In this document: in pieces, positions 1 to 6,467 of the stretch | Numbering within the stretch: position 1 is the first letter of the stretch | How the letters are laid out: every line of letters starts with the position of its first letter | Source of the DNA: Minisyncoccota bacterium | GTDB taxonomy: Bacteria; Patescibacteriota; Minisyncoccia; UBA6257; 2-01-FULL-56-20 | Direction: 5' to 3' | DNA: 12,873 bases | Assembly: GCA_035541855.1 (NCBI GenBank) | Contig: DATKMM010000022.1 | Location: 1-12,873, forward strand | Program-made: the position numbers and the translations under genes | The notes under the pieces: model-generated | The model's input: only the letters and a program-made list of their open reading frames with translations | Told to the model about the DNA's origin: nothing | Databases searched by the model: none

Positions 1-168
1 GCCATTTACTTCGTTTCACCCTATCTCGACAACTTCATCCCCGGACTCGGCTTGTTCCATTATTTCTACACCCACCTCATCCAGCTCCTGCTGTATGAAC
101 TGCTCTTCGGCGTCGTGATCGGCGGCTTCTCGAGCTTCTTCTCGGTTCGCCGGTATCTCAAAAATTAA
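1..168 (+). CDS. 3' end of a membrane protein gene, truncated at the window edge (…FYTHLIQLLLYELLFGVVIGGFSSFFSVRRYLKN*)
   Basis: Frame 1 reads open from base 1 to TAA at 166-168. Third codon positions are strongly C/G, matching the high-GC coding bias elsewhere in the window. The translation is hydrophobic and helix-like. A strong intrinsic terminator follows immediately. The ORF track omitted it only because it has no in-window start. Confidence 0.45.
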   Translation, partial: AIYFVSPYLDNFIPGLGLFHYFYTHLIQLLLYELLFGVVIGGFSSFFSVRRYLKN

Positions 169-197
169 AAAGACCGGGGCCATCCCCGGTCTTTTTA
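167..197. terminator. Rho-independent, bidirectional-type terminator
   Basis: AAAAAGACCGGGG-CCAT-CCCCGGTCTTTTT forms a perfect 9-bp GC-rich stem (171-179 with 184-192) and a 4-nt loop, with an A-run upstream and a T-run downstream. It lies directly after the stop codon at 166-168. Confidence 0.8.
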
Positions 198-247
198 ATT
201 TCTTCTTCACGAAGTCTTAAGGTTTTCTTCAGGCCGCCTGTGGCACG

Positions 248-955
248 ATGGAGGAAAGTCGTTTTGATTTAACAAAAATTAATATGCGAATCCTCCTGGT
301 GGAAGACGAAAAGGACATAGCCGGTTTCATTATAAAAGGGCTGAAGGCCGAAAAGTTCGTGGTGGACTGGACGCCGCGGAGCGAGCAGGCGCTTTTCTGG
401 GCAAAGGTCAACAATTACGATCTCGCGATCATGGACATCACGATCTCGGGCGACAAGACGGGCATCGAGGTATGCCGCCTCGCCCGCGAAAAGGGGCGGG
501 CATTCCCCATCCTTATGCTGTCCGTCGTGCACGATACGGCGACCAAGGTCAAAGCGCTCAACGCGGGCGCCGACGATTATCTCACGAAACCGTTCTCGAT
601 GATCGAGCTCCTGGCGCGGGCTAGGGCGCTTATGCGGCGCGAGAAGAAGATCGTCGGGCCGGTCCTCGCGGTCGGCGACCTATCCCTCGACCTCAACGCC
701 CATACCGTCACGCGGGGGCGGAAAGCGATCACGCTCAACCGCAAAGAGTTCGGCCTGCTCGAGTACCTCATGCGCAATCCCGGCACGACGTTCACGCGGA
801 GCATGATCCTCGAGCATGTGTGGGAGACCACGACGGACCCGTTCACGAACACCGTGGACGTCCACATCCGGTTCCTCCGCCGCAAGATAGATGACGACCG
901 CAAAACCAAATTGATCAAGACCGTGCACGGGTACGGCTACAAAATCGAGGAATGA
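248..955 (+). CDS. Two-component response regulator, OmpR/PhoB family (receiver plus winged-helix DNA-binding domain)
   Basis: The receiver domain reads MRILLVEDEKDIA…DLAIMDITISGDKTG…PILMLSVVHDTATKVKALNAGADDYLTKPF, with the acidic pocket, phospho-acceptor Asp, the S/T and the Lys all present. The C-terminus (ITLNRKEFGLLEYLMRNPGTTFTRSMILEHVWE…VDVHIRFLRRKI…HGYGYKI) is a typical OmpR-type winged helix. An alternative start at ATG 284 (MRILLVEDE) is possible. The GGAGG at 250-254 is too far upstream to serve either start. Confidence 0.9.
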   Translation: MEESRFDLTKINMRILLVEDEKDIAGFIIKGLKAEKFVVDWTPRSEQALFWAKVNNYDLAIMDITISGDKTGIEVCRLAREKGRAFPILMLSVVHDTATKVKALNAGADDYLTKPFSMIELLARARALMRREKKIVGPVLAVGDLSLDLNAHTVTRGRKAITLNRKEFGLLEYLMRNPGTTFTRSMILEHVWETTTDPFTNTVDVHIRFLRRKIDDDRKTKLIKTVHGYGYKIEE

Positions 956-1683
956 GCCGCGACGCTGAACGGGCCAGGTTGCTTTCGGAGCTGGCGCACG
1001 AGTTCCAGACGCCGATCGCCATCCTGAAAAGCAGCATCGAAGCGCTGGCGGAGTCCGGCAGCGCCGGTGCCAACGCCAATGCCAAGCGGGCCAACGCCGC
1101 TTACATCGCGCAGGCCACGCTCGACCGGCTTTCCCGCCTCGTAAGGGAATTCCTCGATGCGGCCGCGCTCAAAAATCAGGCAAACGCGTTCCGCATGGCC
1201 CCGATCGCGCTGTCCGACCTGCTTTCCGGCGTCTGCGAGGATTGCGCGCTCCTCGCCGAGGACAAGGGCGTCCCCCTTTCGTGCGTGAGCGACGTCGTCT
1301 CGATCGCGGGCGACCGGGACAAGCTGAAGCAGGTATTCCTGAACCTCATCAGCAACGCGCTCAAACATACCGGAAGCGGCGGCTCCATCGCCATCGCCGG
1401 GAAGGCCGTCGGGCGGGACGTCGCGATCACTGTCGCCGATACCGGCACCGGCATCGCGCCGGAACACCTGCCCCGCGTCTTCGAACGGTTCTACCGCATC
1501 AGCACGCCCGGCATGCCCGATGCGCCAGAAGGGAACGGCATCGGCCTCTCCCTGTGCCGCGATATCGTGATGGCGCACGGCGGCACCATCGCCGTCGAAA
1601 GCGAACCGGGCCAGGGTGCCTGCTTCACCGTACGCCTGCCGGCGCTCGCCGACCAACCCCAAAAGTCGTGTTATAATCAATAA
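952..1683 (+). CDS. Sensor-less (cytoplasmic, HisKA plus HATPase_c only) histidine kinase
   Basis: The H-box LSELAHEFQTPIAILKSS sits at residue about 16. The N-box NLISNALKHT, the D-box/G1 ITVADTGTGIAPEHLPRVFERFYR and the G2 GNGIGLSLCRDIVMAHGGTIAVES are present. There is no hydrophobic segment or N-terminal sensory region. The start overlaps the regulator's stop as ATGA, indicating translational coupling. Confidence 0.85.
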   Translation: MSRDAERARLLSELAHEFQTPIAILKSSIEALAESGSAGANANAKRANAAYIAQATLDRLSRLVREFLDAAALKNQANAFRMAPIALSDLLSGVCEDCALLAEDKGVPLSCVSDVVSIAGDRDKLKQVFLNLISNALKHTGSGGSIAIAGKAVGRDVAITVADTGTGIAPEHLPRVFERFYRISTPGMPDAPEGNGIGLSLCRDIVMAHGGTIAVESEPGQGACFTVRLPALADQPQKSCYNQ

Positions 1684-2454
1684 ATGCAAACCTCACTCAT
1701 TATGCCAGCCAAGACCCGCTTATACGAACAGCCGGACGGTGACCTCATCCTGGACGAGGATGGCCGCCGGGACAAAAAATACACCCTTCGCCTCCGCGAC
1801 CTCCCCGCCGGGGAAAAACCCCGCGAGAAACTGATGAAGCACGGCCCGTCGGCCCTTTCCGTCGCCGAGCTCCTCGCGATCGTCCTCAATGTCGGCACCA
1901 CCAAAGAGGACGTGCTCGCCATGTCGCGCCGCCTCCTCAAAGAATACGGCGACAGCATCATCGTGACCCAGAAGGACCCGCAAAAGATAAAAGAGATGCT
2001 CGGCATCCCCATCGTGAAGGCCTGCCAGCTTGTCGCCTGCTTCGAGCTTGGACGGCGGCTCTTCAGGAACGCGGACGGCCGTAAGCCCGTCACGCTCCGC
2101 ACCGCAAGCCAGGTGTATGAATATTTGAAGGACATGCGCGAGCTGCCCAAGGAATATCTGCGCGGGCTATACCTCGACAGCCATTACCAGCTCATCCACG
2201 ACGAGGTCATTTCCATCGGCACCGTGAGCTCGAACGTCATCCACCCGCGCGAGGTCTTCCGCCCCGCGCTCGAATACTCCGCCGCCGCCGTCATCCTCGC
2301 GCACAACCACCCCTCCGGCATCGCGAAGCCCAGCGAGGCCGACCTCGTGATCACCCGCCAGGTCATCGAGGCCGGCAAAGTGCTCGGCATCGGCCTCCTC
2401 GACCACGTCATCATCGCCAAGACCAAATACCAGAGCATCCCCGCGGAGTATTGA
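1684..2454 (+). CDS. radC: RadC-like JAB/MPN-domain protein (UPF0758 family) with an N-terminal extension of about 40 aa
   Basis: The N-terminal helix-hairpin-helix reads PREKLMKHGPSALSVAELLAIVLNVGTTKEDVLAMSRRLL. The C-terminus carries the JAMM-like RadC signature AHNHPSGIAKPSEADLVITRQ. The ATG lies 0 nt after the kinase's TAA stop. An alternative start at MPAKTR (1702) is possible. Confidence 0.85.
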   Translation: MQTSLIMPAKTRLYEQPDGDLILDEDGRRDKKYTLRLRDLPAGEKPREKLMKHGPSALSVAELLAIVLNVGTTKEDVLAMSRRLLKEYGDSIIVTQKDPQKIKEMLGIPIVKACQLVACFELGRRLFRNADGRKPVTLRTASQVYEYLKDMRELPKEYLRGLYLDSHYQLIHDEVISIGTVSSNVIHPREVFRPALEYSAAAVILAHNHPSGIAKPSEADLVITRQVIEAGKVLGIGLLDHVIIAKTKYQSIPAEY

Positions 2455-2479
2455 CAAATTTCTCATAGCGTGCTATCAT
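2451..2479 (+). promoter_or_regulatory. Sigma70-like promoter for the SPFH operon
   Basis: TTGACA (2451-2456), a 17-nt spacer and TGcTATCAT (an extended -10 TGn plus hexamer at 2474-2479) lie in the only AT-rich intergenic stretch, about 85 nt upstream of the SPFH start. Confidence 0.45.
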
Positions 2480-2500
2480 ACTAGCGGCATAATTTGTTGC

Positions 2501-2514
2501 GTGCATTAACGCAC
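2501..2514. promoter_or_regulatory. Imperfect 14-bp palindrome GTGCaTTAAcGCAC between the -10 element and the ribosome-binding site (candidate operator)
   Basis: Six of seven base pairs are symmetric about the TTAA centre. It lies downstream of the predicted -10, where repressors often bind. Confidence 0.3.
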
Positions 2515-2562
2515 AAAAACAAGTTTTTGACATCTCAAAATCTGAATTGAAAAGGAGTGGAT

Positions 2563-3855
2563 ATGTTGACACAGGTCTTAGCGTTAATCATTGGCGTACT
2601 TGGGATGGCTCTATGCGCTCTGTTCGCCACATATTGGCTTTGGTTGCCCTGGGTTATCTCGGTGTTCGCGGCGCACAATTTCCTAATCACATCGGTTGAG
2701 GAAAACACGGGAAAATGGATAAAGAAGGGCGCGGGAAAACGGGGACGCGCATGGCGTTTTATCACGCCAAGCAGAGAAACCGACCCAGCACCCGATCCGG
2801 ATCCGGATAAAAGCTGGAACATCGAGCAGACCCGGCAACCAATACATGGCCATCTCCTGAATGCGGAAGGAGAAGAATCTTGGTTCGTGGACTGGATCGA
2901 CCGTAAACTGCCCGGCAGCATACGTTGGATAGGGTTGCCGTTCATTTATTCCATCCATGAATACAACTTCCGTTGGGAGGTTCAAAGGGAAGGTAAGCCT
3001 GGTACGACCCAAAACGGCAAAATCAAGACGGAAGACGGCTTGATTGAAATGGAAAAACTGAGTAACGACAAGTGGGTGGCAACGTTTGCAAAGCGGCTTG
3101 ACTATATCTACTTGCGGGACGCAGTTTACTATTTCGAAGTGATCGGCGCTGAAACAAAAGCCATCGTCAAGGGCGCAGGCATCGATCAAACGGCTCGTGT
3201 GGGCATGCCGCTCGAGGTTTATATGCTGGCGACCATTCGCGTCGTCAATCCTTATCGCGCACTGTTCCTCGTCCATGATTGGCTGGAATCGACTTTTGAC
3301 CTATTACGGCCGAACGTCAGGTCGTGGATCGCTGCGAACTCCTACGAAGATGTCGTCGGCAAACCCGAAGTCGCCGAGCGGGAATATGACCAGTTCCTGA
3401 AGCAAAGCAATGTTCCCGATGGGCTCATACCACCGGGAACGCCGCCGGATAAAATGCCGAAGGCAATTGGTGCGTACATTGAGTGCACCTATGGTGTACG
3501 GGAAAAACGAATCGCATTTGACGATGTCATCCCGCCGGAAGAATACACCCAAGCAACCGTGAGGCGGATGGAGGCTGAGCAGAACAGAAATGCCACCATC
3601 ACCAACGCCGAAGCGGAACGCGAGAAGCAGACTATCATAGCGCAAGGCGAAGCCAATCGGATTGCTACCGTCACTGCGGCAATCGCCGCAGGTGGCGACC
3701 TCGCTATGGAGTTACGGCGGCTCGAAGCACTTGAGTCTGTCGGGAATAATGGCAATATGGTCGTGGTGAGCGACAAAGGCGCTCAAATGCTCATTAATAC
3801 GAATACGGCCAAACAACCCAGGCTTATTGAGCCGGGAAAGGAGAAGAAAGAATGA
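2563..3855 (+). CDS. SPFH/band-7 (stomatin/flotillin/HflKC-like) membrane protein with a long N-terminal extension
   Basis: A Shine-Dalgarno AAAGGAG (2551-2557) sits 5 nt before ATG 2563. The ORF track's start at 2557 is an in-frame GTG two codons upstream. The N-terminal TM segment is LTQVLALIIGVLGMALCALFATYWLWLPWVISVF. The SPFH core reads LEVYMLATIRVVNPYRALFLVHDW…LRPNVRSWIAANSYEDVVG … YGVREKRIAFDDVIPPEEYTQATVRRMEAEQNRNATITNAEAEREKQTIIAQGEANRIATVTAA, with the characteristic Ala/Glu-rich coiled region. About 200 aa between the TM segment and the core, including DPAPDPDPD, are not typical of the family. Confidence 0.8.
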   Translation: MLTQVLALIIGVLGMALCALFATYWLWLPWVISVFAAHNFLITSVEENTGKWIKKGAGKRGRAWRFITPSRETDPAPDPDPDKSWNIEQTRQPIHGHLLNAEGEESWFVDWIDRKLPGSIRWIGLPFIYSIHEYNFRWEVQREGKPGTTQNGKIKTEDGLIEMEKLSNDKWVATFAKRLDYIYLRDAVYYFEVIGAETKAIVKGAGIDQTARVGMPLEVYMLATIRVVNPYRALFLVHDWLESTFDLLRPNVRSWIAANSYEDVVGKPEVAEREYDQFLKQSNVPDGLIPPGTPPDKMPKAIGAYIECTYGVREKRIAFDDVIPPEEYTQATVRRMEAEQNRNATITNAEAEREKQTIIAQGEANRIATVTAAIAAGGDLAMELRRLEALESVGNNGNMVVVSDKGAQMLINTNTAKQPRLIEPGKEKKE

Positions 3856-4649
3856 AGCTCGCGATACCTCCCTTCGCCAAGGGACATCTAGTCCGTCACG
3901 TATTTGCGATCATTTTTTGGCCAGTTTTGATGCTGGCTCTCGCAACCTGGACCATGAAAACGTTTCTTGGCCAGCATGGCCACGGAACTATTCTGGCTGG
4001 TGGCATCATCGCTCTCGTGCTAATATTCCTCGTCGTCGTTGCGTGGATCATCATTAGCATGATTGGGAAAGCATGGAACCAGAACACTTCAATGGCTGAG
4101 GCGGACGACGAGACCGAAGAGAAAACCGCCGACAAAGCGCAACCACACGGGTCAAAGCTGAAGAAGATGATTTGGGCTATGGTGGTAATAGCCATAATTT
4201 CGACTTTTACCATCAAAACGCTTCAGCTCAAACGGGGCGATGCGATATTGCCTCAACCGGGAGCGCTCTGTTCCGGTAGGGATGGCGATGCAATTGATTT
4301 CGATTATTCTGCCTTCGCAAAACGGAGGTTAGTAATCGACGTCCCGTCCACGACCGAAGGGACGGGATGCTTCTCCATGTTCGATCTTCCAAAGGCATGG
4401 GGTATGCGCGCGCGCTTCCGGCGCCTCGGCGACGATCCCGACACTTACCTGTACTTTATGGTCCCGGGCGGTGCAATACAGGGGCCATTTGGCAAGGGCG
4501 ACGTCGTGAACCTGCCCGCCGTGCCAACGCTCTGGATACAAGCAACCAAGAAGGGCACCCGCATTGAATTCTGGTCGGATGCGTTACTGCGGACACCGGC
4601 CAGTACCACGACCCCTCCTCCGGAGCCGGCCACCCCTGCTAGACAGTAA
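3852..4649 (+). CDS. 3-TM membrane protein translationally coupled to the SPFH gene; possible NfeD-like partner (unverified)
   Basis: GAAAGGAG lies 7 nt upstream of ATG 3852, which overlaps the SPFH stop as ATGA. It has three hydrophobic helices (FAIIFWPVLMLALATW; ILAGGIIALVLIFLVVVAWIIISMI; MIWAMVVIAIISTFTI). A roughly 130-aa C-terminal soluble domain, possibly beta-rich, ends in a Pro/Thr-rich tail. SPFH genes commonly pair with NfeD-type membrane proteins, but no NfeD motif was recognised directly. Confidence 0.7.
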   Translation: MKLAIPPFAKGHLVRHVFAIIFWPVLMLALATWTMKTFLGQHGHGTILAGGIIALVLIFLVVVAWIIISMIGKAWNQNTSMAEADDETEEKTADKAQPHGSKLKKMIWAMVVIAIISTFTIKTLQLKRGDAILPQPGALCSGRDGDAIDFDYSAFAKRRLVIDVPSTTEGTGCFSMFDLPKAWGMRARFRRLGDDPDTYLYFMVPGGAIQGPFGKGDVVNLPAVPTLWIQATKKGTRIEFWSDALLRTPASTTTPPPEPATPARQ

Positions 4650-4670
4650 TTCGGCGATTAGTTCTTTGCT

Positions 4671-4709
4671 CCCCCACGGCGCCTTGACCGGCCTCGTGGG
4701 GGATTTTTT
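4671..4709 (+). terminator. Rho-independent terminator of the SPFH operon
   Basis: CCCCCACGgcGCC-ttgacc-GGCcTCGTGGGGG forms an 8-bp perfect GC stem with further pairing across a bulge, followed by TTTTTT (4704-4709). It lies 22 nt after the stop at 4647-4649. Confidence 0.75.
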
Positions 4710-4713
4710 GTAC

Positions 4714-4740
4714 AAAAAGACCCCGCGAAGGGGCCTTTTT
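4714..4740. terminator. Small bidirectional terminator-like hairpin serving the convergent minus-strand operon
   Basis: AAAAA-GA-CCCC-GCGAA-GGGG-CC-TTTTT has a 4-bp GC stem and a 5-nt loop flanked by an A5 and a T5 run. It lies 26 nt beyond the minus-strand pilin gene's stop at 4766. Confidence 0.5.
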
Positions 4741-4765
4741 GAGATAGCTTCGTGAAACCTGAAAG

Positions 4766-5161
4766 TTAACAAGTCCCGATACTGCCCGAAGCGCCGAGGA
4801 AGCTCGCCACGATCAACGGGATCGCGCGGGCCAAGAGCGCCACGCCGACCGCGATAGCCGCATAGAGCAGCGTGCTGCCGGCACCCTTCACCTTCTCCGG
4901 ATCGCCTGCGGCGGTCAAATATTTGAACGCGGCGACGATAATGAAGATGACGGCGAGCGCGACCAGGAAATAGAACAGCCAGCTGAAGACGACGCAGACC
5001 GTATTGAGGACGCCCTGAATGCTCGTGATCTGGCCCTGCGGAACCGTGCTCTGTACTGGAGGAGCCGGCTGGGGGATGTTCTGCGCCGATGCCAAGACCG
5101 GCAACGCCAGGGACAAGATCGGAAGCCCGAACTCCTTCGCGAAATTGATTGCTTTTTTCAT
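4766..5161 (-). CDS. TrbC/VirB2-like pilin paralog 1 (secreted two-helix membrane protein, 131 aa from ATG 5161)
   Basis: The signal peptide MKKAINFAKEFGLPILSLALPVLASA is followed by a Q/P-rich variable segment. The conserved core is VCVVFSWLFYFLVALAVIFIIVAAFKYLTAAGDPEKVKGAGSTLLYAAIAVGVALLARAIPLIVASFLGASGSIGTC, two TM helices around a short loop with a C-terminal Cys. It resembles VirB2 in the …NNICTFI… and …ASFLGKTLTGGG elements. The track start at 5167 is a GTG two codons upstream of the ATG. Confidence 0.8.
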   Translation of the reverse strand: MKKAINFAKEFGLPILSLALPVLASAQNIPQPAPPVQSTVPQGQITSIQGVLNTVCVVFSWLFYFLVALAVIFIIVAAFKYLTAAGDPEKVKGAGSTLLYAAIAVGVALLARAIPLIVASFLGASGSIGTC

Positions 5162-5217
5162 AAACACGTAGGATTTTCGACCTTTCAGGATGCCGTTTCA
5201 GTATACCATTTCCAACG

Positions 5218-5676
5218 CTAACACGCCAGGAAGCCCCCTCCCCCGAAGCCGCCTCCGGACGAAGAACCCGCGCCGAGGAAACTCGCGACAATGCTCGGAA
5301 TGGCTTTCGCAAGGAGTGCCACCGCTACCGCGATAGCCGCATACATCAGCGTGTTGTTGGCGCTCTTCACCTTTTCGGCCTCGCCCGAGCTCGTCAGATA
5401 CTTGTAAGCGCCGACCACGACGAAGACGACCGCCAAGACGATAAGACCGTAGAACATCCAGCTGAAGACGGTGCAGCCGAAGTTGAGCACGCTTTGGGTC
5501 GAAACGAAACCAGAAGCATACGGCACGTTCGTGCCGGTCGGCAGCTGCGGCTGGGCGCCAACCGTCCCGCCGCTCCCCGTGCCGCCCGTTGGAGCAAATG
5601 CTCCAGCCGAAAGAGGTATCGCCAAAGACAAAATCGAAATGCCGAATTCTTTTATAAACCGTTTTATCTTTTCCAT
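5218..5676 (-). CDS. TrbC/VirB2-like pilin paralog 2 (152 aa from ATG 5676)
   Basis: MEKIKRFIKEFGISILSLAIPLSAGAFA aligns with the paralog 1 signal peptide. A G/T/S/P-rich variable segment follows. The core is GCTVFSWMFYGLIVLAVVFVVVGAYKYLTSSGEAEKVKSANNTLMYAAIAVAVALLAKAIPSIVASFLGAGSSSGGGFGGGGFLAC. The 22-nt block ccgtagaacatccagctgaaga is shared with paralog 3. The track start at 5706 would add 10 non-homologous residues. Confidence 0.8.
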   Translation of the reverse strand: MEKIKRFIKEFGISILSLAIPLSAGAFAPTGGTGSGGTVGAQPQLPTGTNVPYASGFVSTQSVLNFGCTVFSWMFYGLIVLAVVFVVVGAYKYLTSSGEAEKVKSANNTLMYAAIAVAVALLAKAIPSIVASFLGAGSSSGGGFGGGGFLAC

Positions 5677-5699
5677 AAGAATTTTAGTATTCCGACCTT

Positions 5700-6041
5700 T
5701 TAACATGCCAGGAAGCTTCCGCTCGTCGCCTTCGCGCCAAGGAGGCTTGCCACGATCGCCGGAATTCCCTTCGCGAGAAGCGCCACCGCGATAGCAATGG
5801 CGGCATATAGGATCATCTTGTTCGCCTTACTGACTTTTTCCGCCTCGCCGTTCGCCGTCGCATAATTATATGCGGCGACCACGATCATGATGAGCGACAG
5901 GACGATGAGCCCGTAGAACATCCAGCTGAAGATCGTGCACATGAACTGCAATAATTCCTGGGTAGTGGTGATGGGCGGTTTAAAGCTCAGAGAGGAACCG
6001 CTGCTAGTAGCCTGTGCAAATGCCTTGGAGACGAATGTCAT
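5700..6041 (-). CDS. TrbC/VirB2-like pilin paralog 3, lacking a canonical signal-peptide N-region (113 aa from ATG 6041)
   Basis: MTFVSKAFAQATSSG… is followed by the core MCTIFSWMFYGLIVLSLIMIVVAAYNYATANGEAEKVSKANKMILYAAIAIAVALLAKGIPAIVASLLGAKATSGSFLAC. The ATG sits 1 nt after paralog 4's TAATAA double stop. The 28-codon upstream extension in the track overlaps paralog 4 out of frame and is not hydrophobic. Confidence 0.6.
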   Translation of the reverse strand: MTFVSKAFAQATSSGSSLSFKPPITTTQELLQFMCTIFSWMFYGLIVLSLIMIVVAAYNYATANGEAEKVSKANKMILYAAIAIAVALLAKGIPAIVASLLGAKATSGSFLAC

Positions 6042-6045
6042 TTTA

Positions 6046-6450
6046 TTATTTACCGCCGAATAGATTTTTAATGATGGACACGATGCCGCTCGCCAAGACC
6101 ACCACGGCAAAACCGATGGCCGCATACATCAATGTCTTTCGACCATTTGCGAACTTCTCGGGACTGCCGCCTGCCGTGATCATCTGGAATCCGCCGATGA
6201 GCGCCATAACGGCAACCAGCGGTATGGCGATCATGACCAAAAAATTGGAGATCGCCGCCACAACAGCCTGAAAGTTATTGATAGAACCGAGAGGATTGGG
6301 GAGGGAAACGGAGGTCTGGCTTCCAGTTCCACTCGCATTACCGCCGCCAATCGTACCCTGCTGCGCAGATGCGTACCGCACCAAACCAATTCCGAACAAC
6401 CAAGCGGCCACCCCGACCCTTCGCAATAGCTTTTCCGGCATTGGATTCAT
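6046..6450 (-). CDS. TrbC/VirB2-like pilin paralog 4 (divergent, no C-terminal Cys)
   Basis: The signal peptide is M(NPM)PEKLLRRVGVAAWLFGIGLVRYASA, then a G/S/T-rich segment. The core is FQAVVAAISNFLVMIAIPLVAVMALIGGFQMITAGGSPEKFANGRKTLMYAAIGFAVVVLASGIVSIIKNLFGGK. Candidate starts are ATG 6450 or 6441, or GTG 6471, which overlaps the preceding gene's stop as GTGA. Confidence 0.7.
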   Translation of the reverse strand: MNPMPEKLLRRVGVAAWLFGIGLVRYASAQQGTIGGGNASGTGSQTSVSLPNPLGSINNFQAVVAAISNFLVMIAIPLVAVMALIGGFQMITAGGSPEKFANGRKTLMYAAIGFAVVVLASGIVSIIKNLFGGK

Positions 6451-6467
6451 TATAGCAGATTCCCGCT

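Larger units (their letters stand above)
4766..6450 (-). repeat. Tandem array of four paralogous pilin-like genes, unit about 400-480 bp
   Basis: Conserved nucleotide blocks recur once per gene: …gaacagccagctgaagac… at 4973-4990, ccgtagaacatccagctgaaga at 5447-5468 and again at 5921-5942, and gcatacatca… at about 5341 and 6120. These match conserved protein motifs (FSWMFY, LMYAAIA). A related upstream block AAAGGTCG lies about 20 nt before the ATGs of paralogs 1 and 2. Confidence 0.8.

Noticed and set aside
16-210. A 64-aa minus-strand ORF at the window start
   Set aside because: It is Glu-rich and antisense to a plus-strand frame with much better GC3 bias and a membrane-helix translation ending at 168. 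It also runs through the terminator hairpin.
937-1689. A 250-aa minus-strand ORF antisense to the histidine kinase. The 1242..1676 plus-strand Arg-rich ORF is a similar case.
   Set aside because: The composition is Arg/Ala/Gly/Asp-rich with no motifs. The opposing-frame kinase has all catalytic boxes. Both are antisense or out-of-frame artefacts.
2527-2562. A second TTGACA hexamer just upstream of the SPFH ribosome-binding site
   Set aside because: No plausible -10 element lies at 16-18 nt spacing; the Shine-Dalgarno sequence occupies that position. It is probably a chance match. The upstream TTGACA-17-TGcTATCAT promoter is preferred.
5162-5217. The AAAGGTCG block about 20 nt upstream of the pilin 1 and pilin 2 start codons, considered as a regulatory motif
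   Set aside because: It is too far from the ATG to act as a Shine-Dalgarno sequence. It is absent upstream of paralogs 3-5. It is more simply explained as part of the duplicated repeat unit, so it is mentioned only as repeat evidence.
4584-5312. A 242-aa minus-strand ORF overlapping pilin paralogs 1 and 2 in another frame. The 8837..9460 207-aa ORF within the solute-binding protein gene is a similar case.
   Set aside because: These are Arg/Gly-rich alternative frames of genes whose correct frames give paralog-conserved proteins. They have no independent support.
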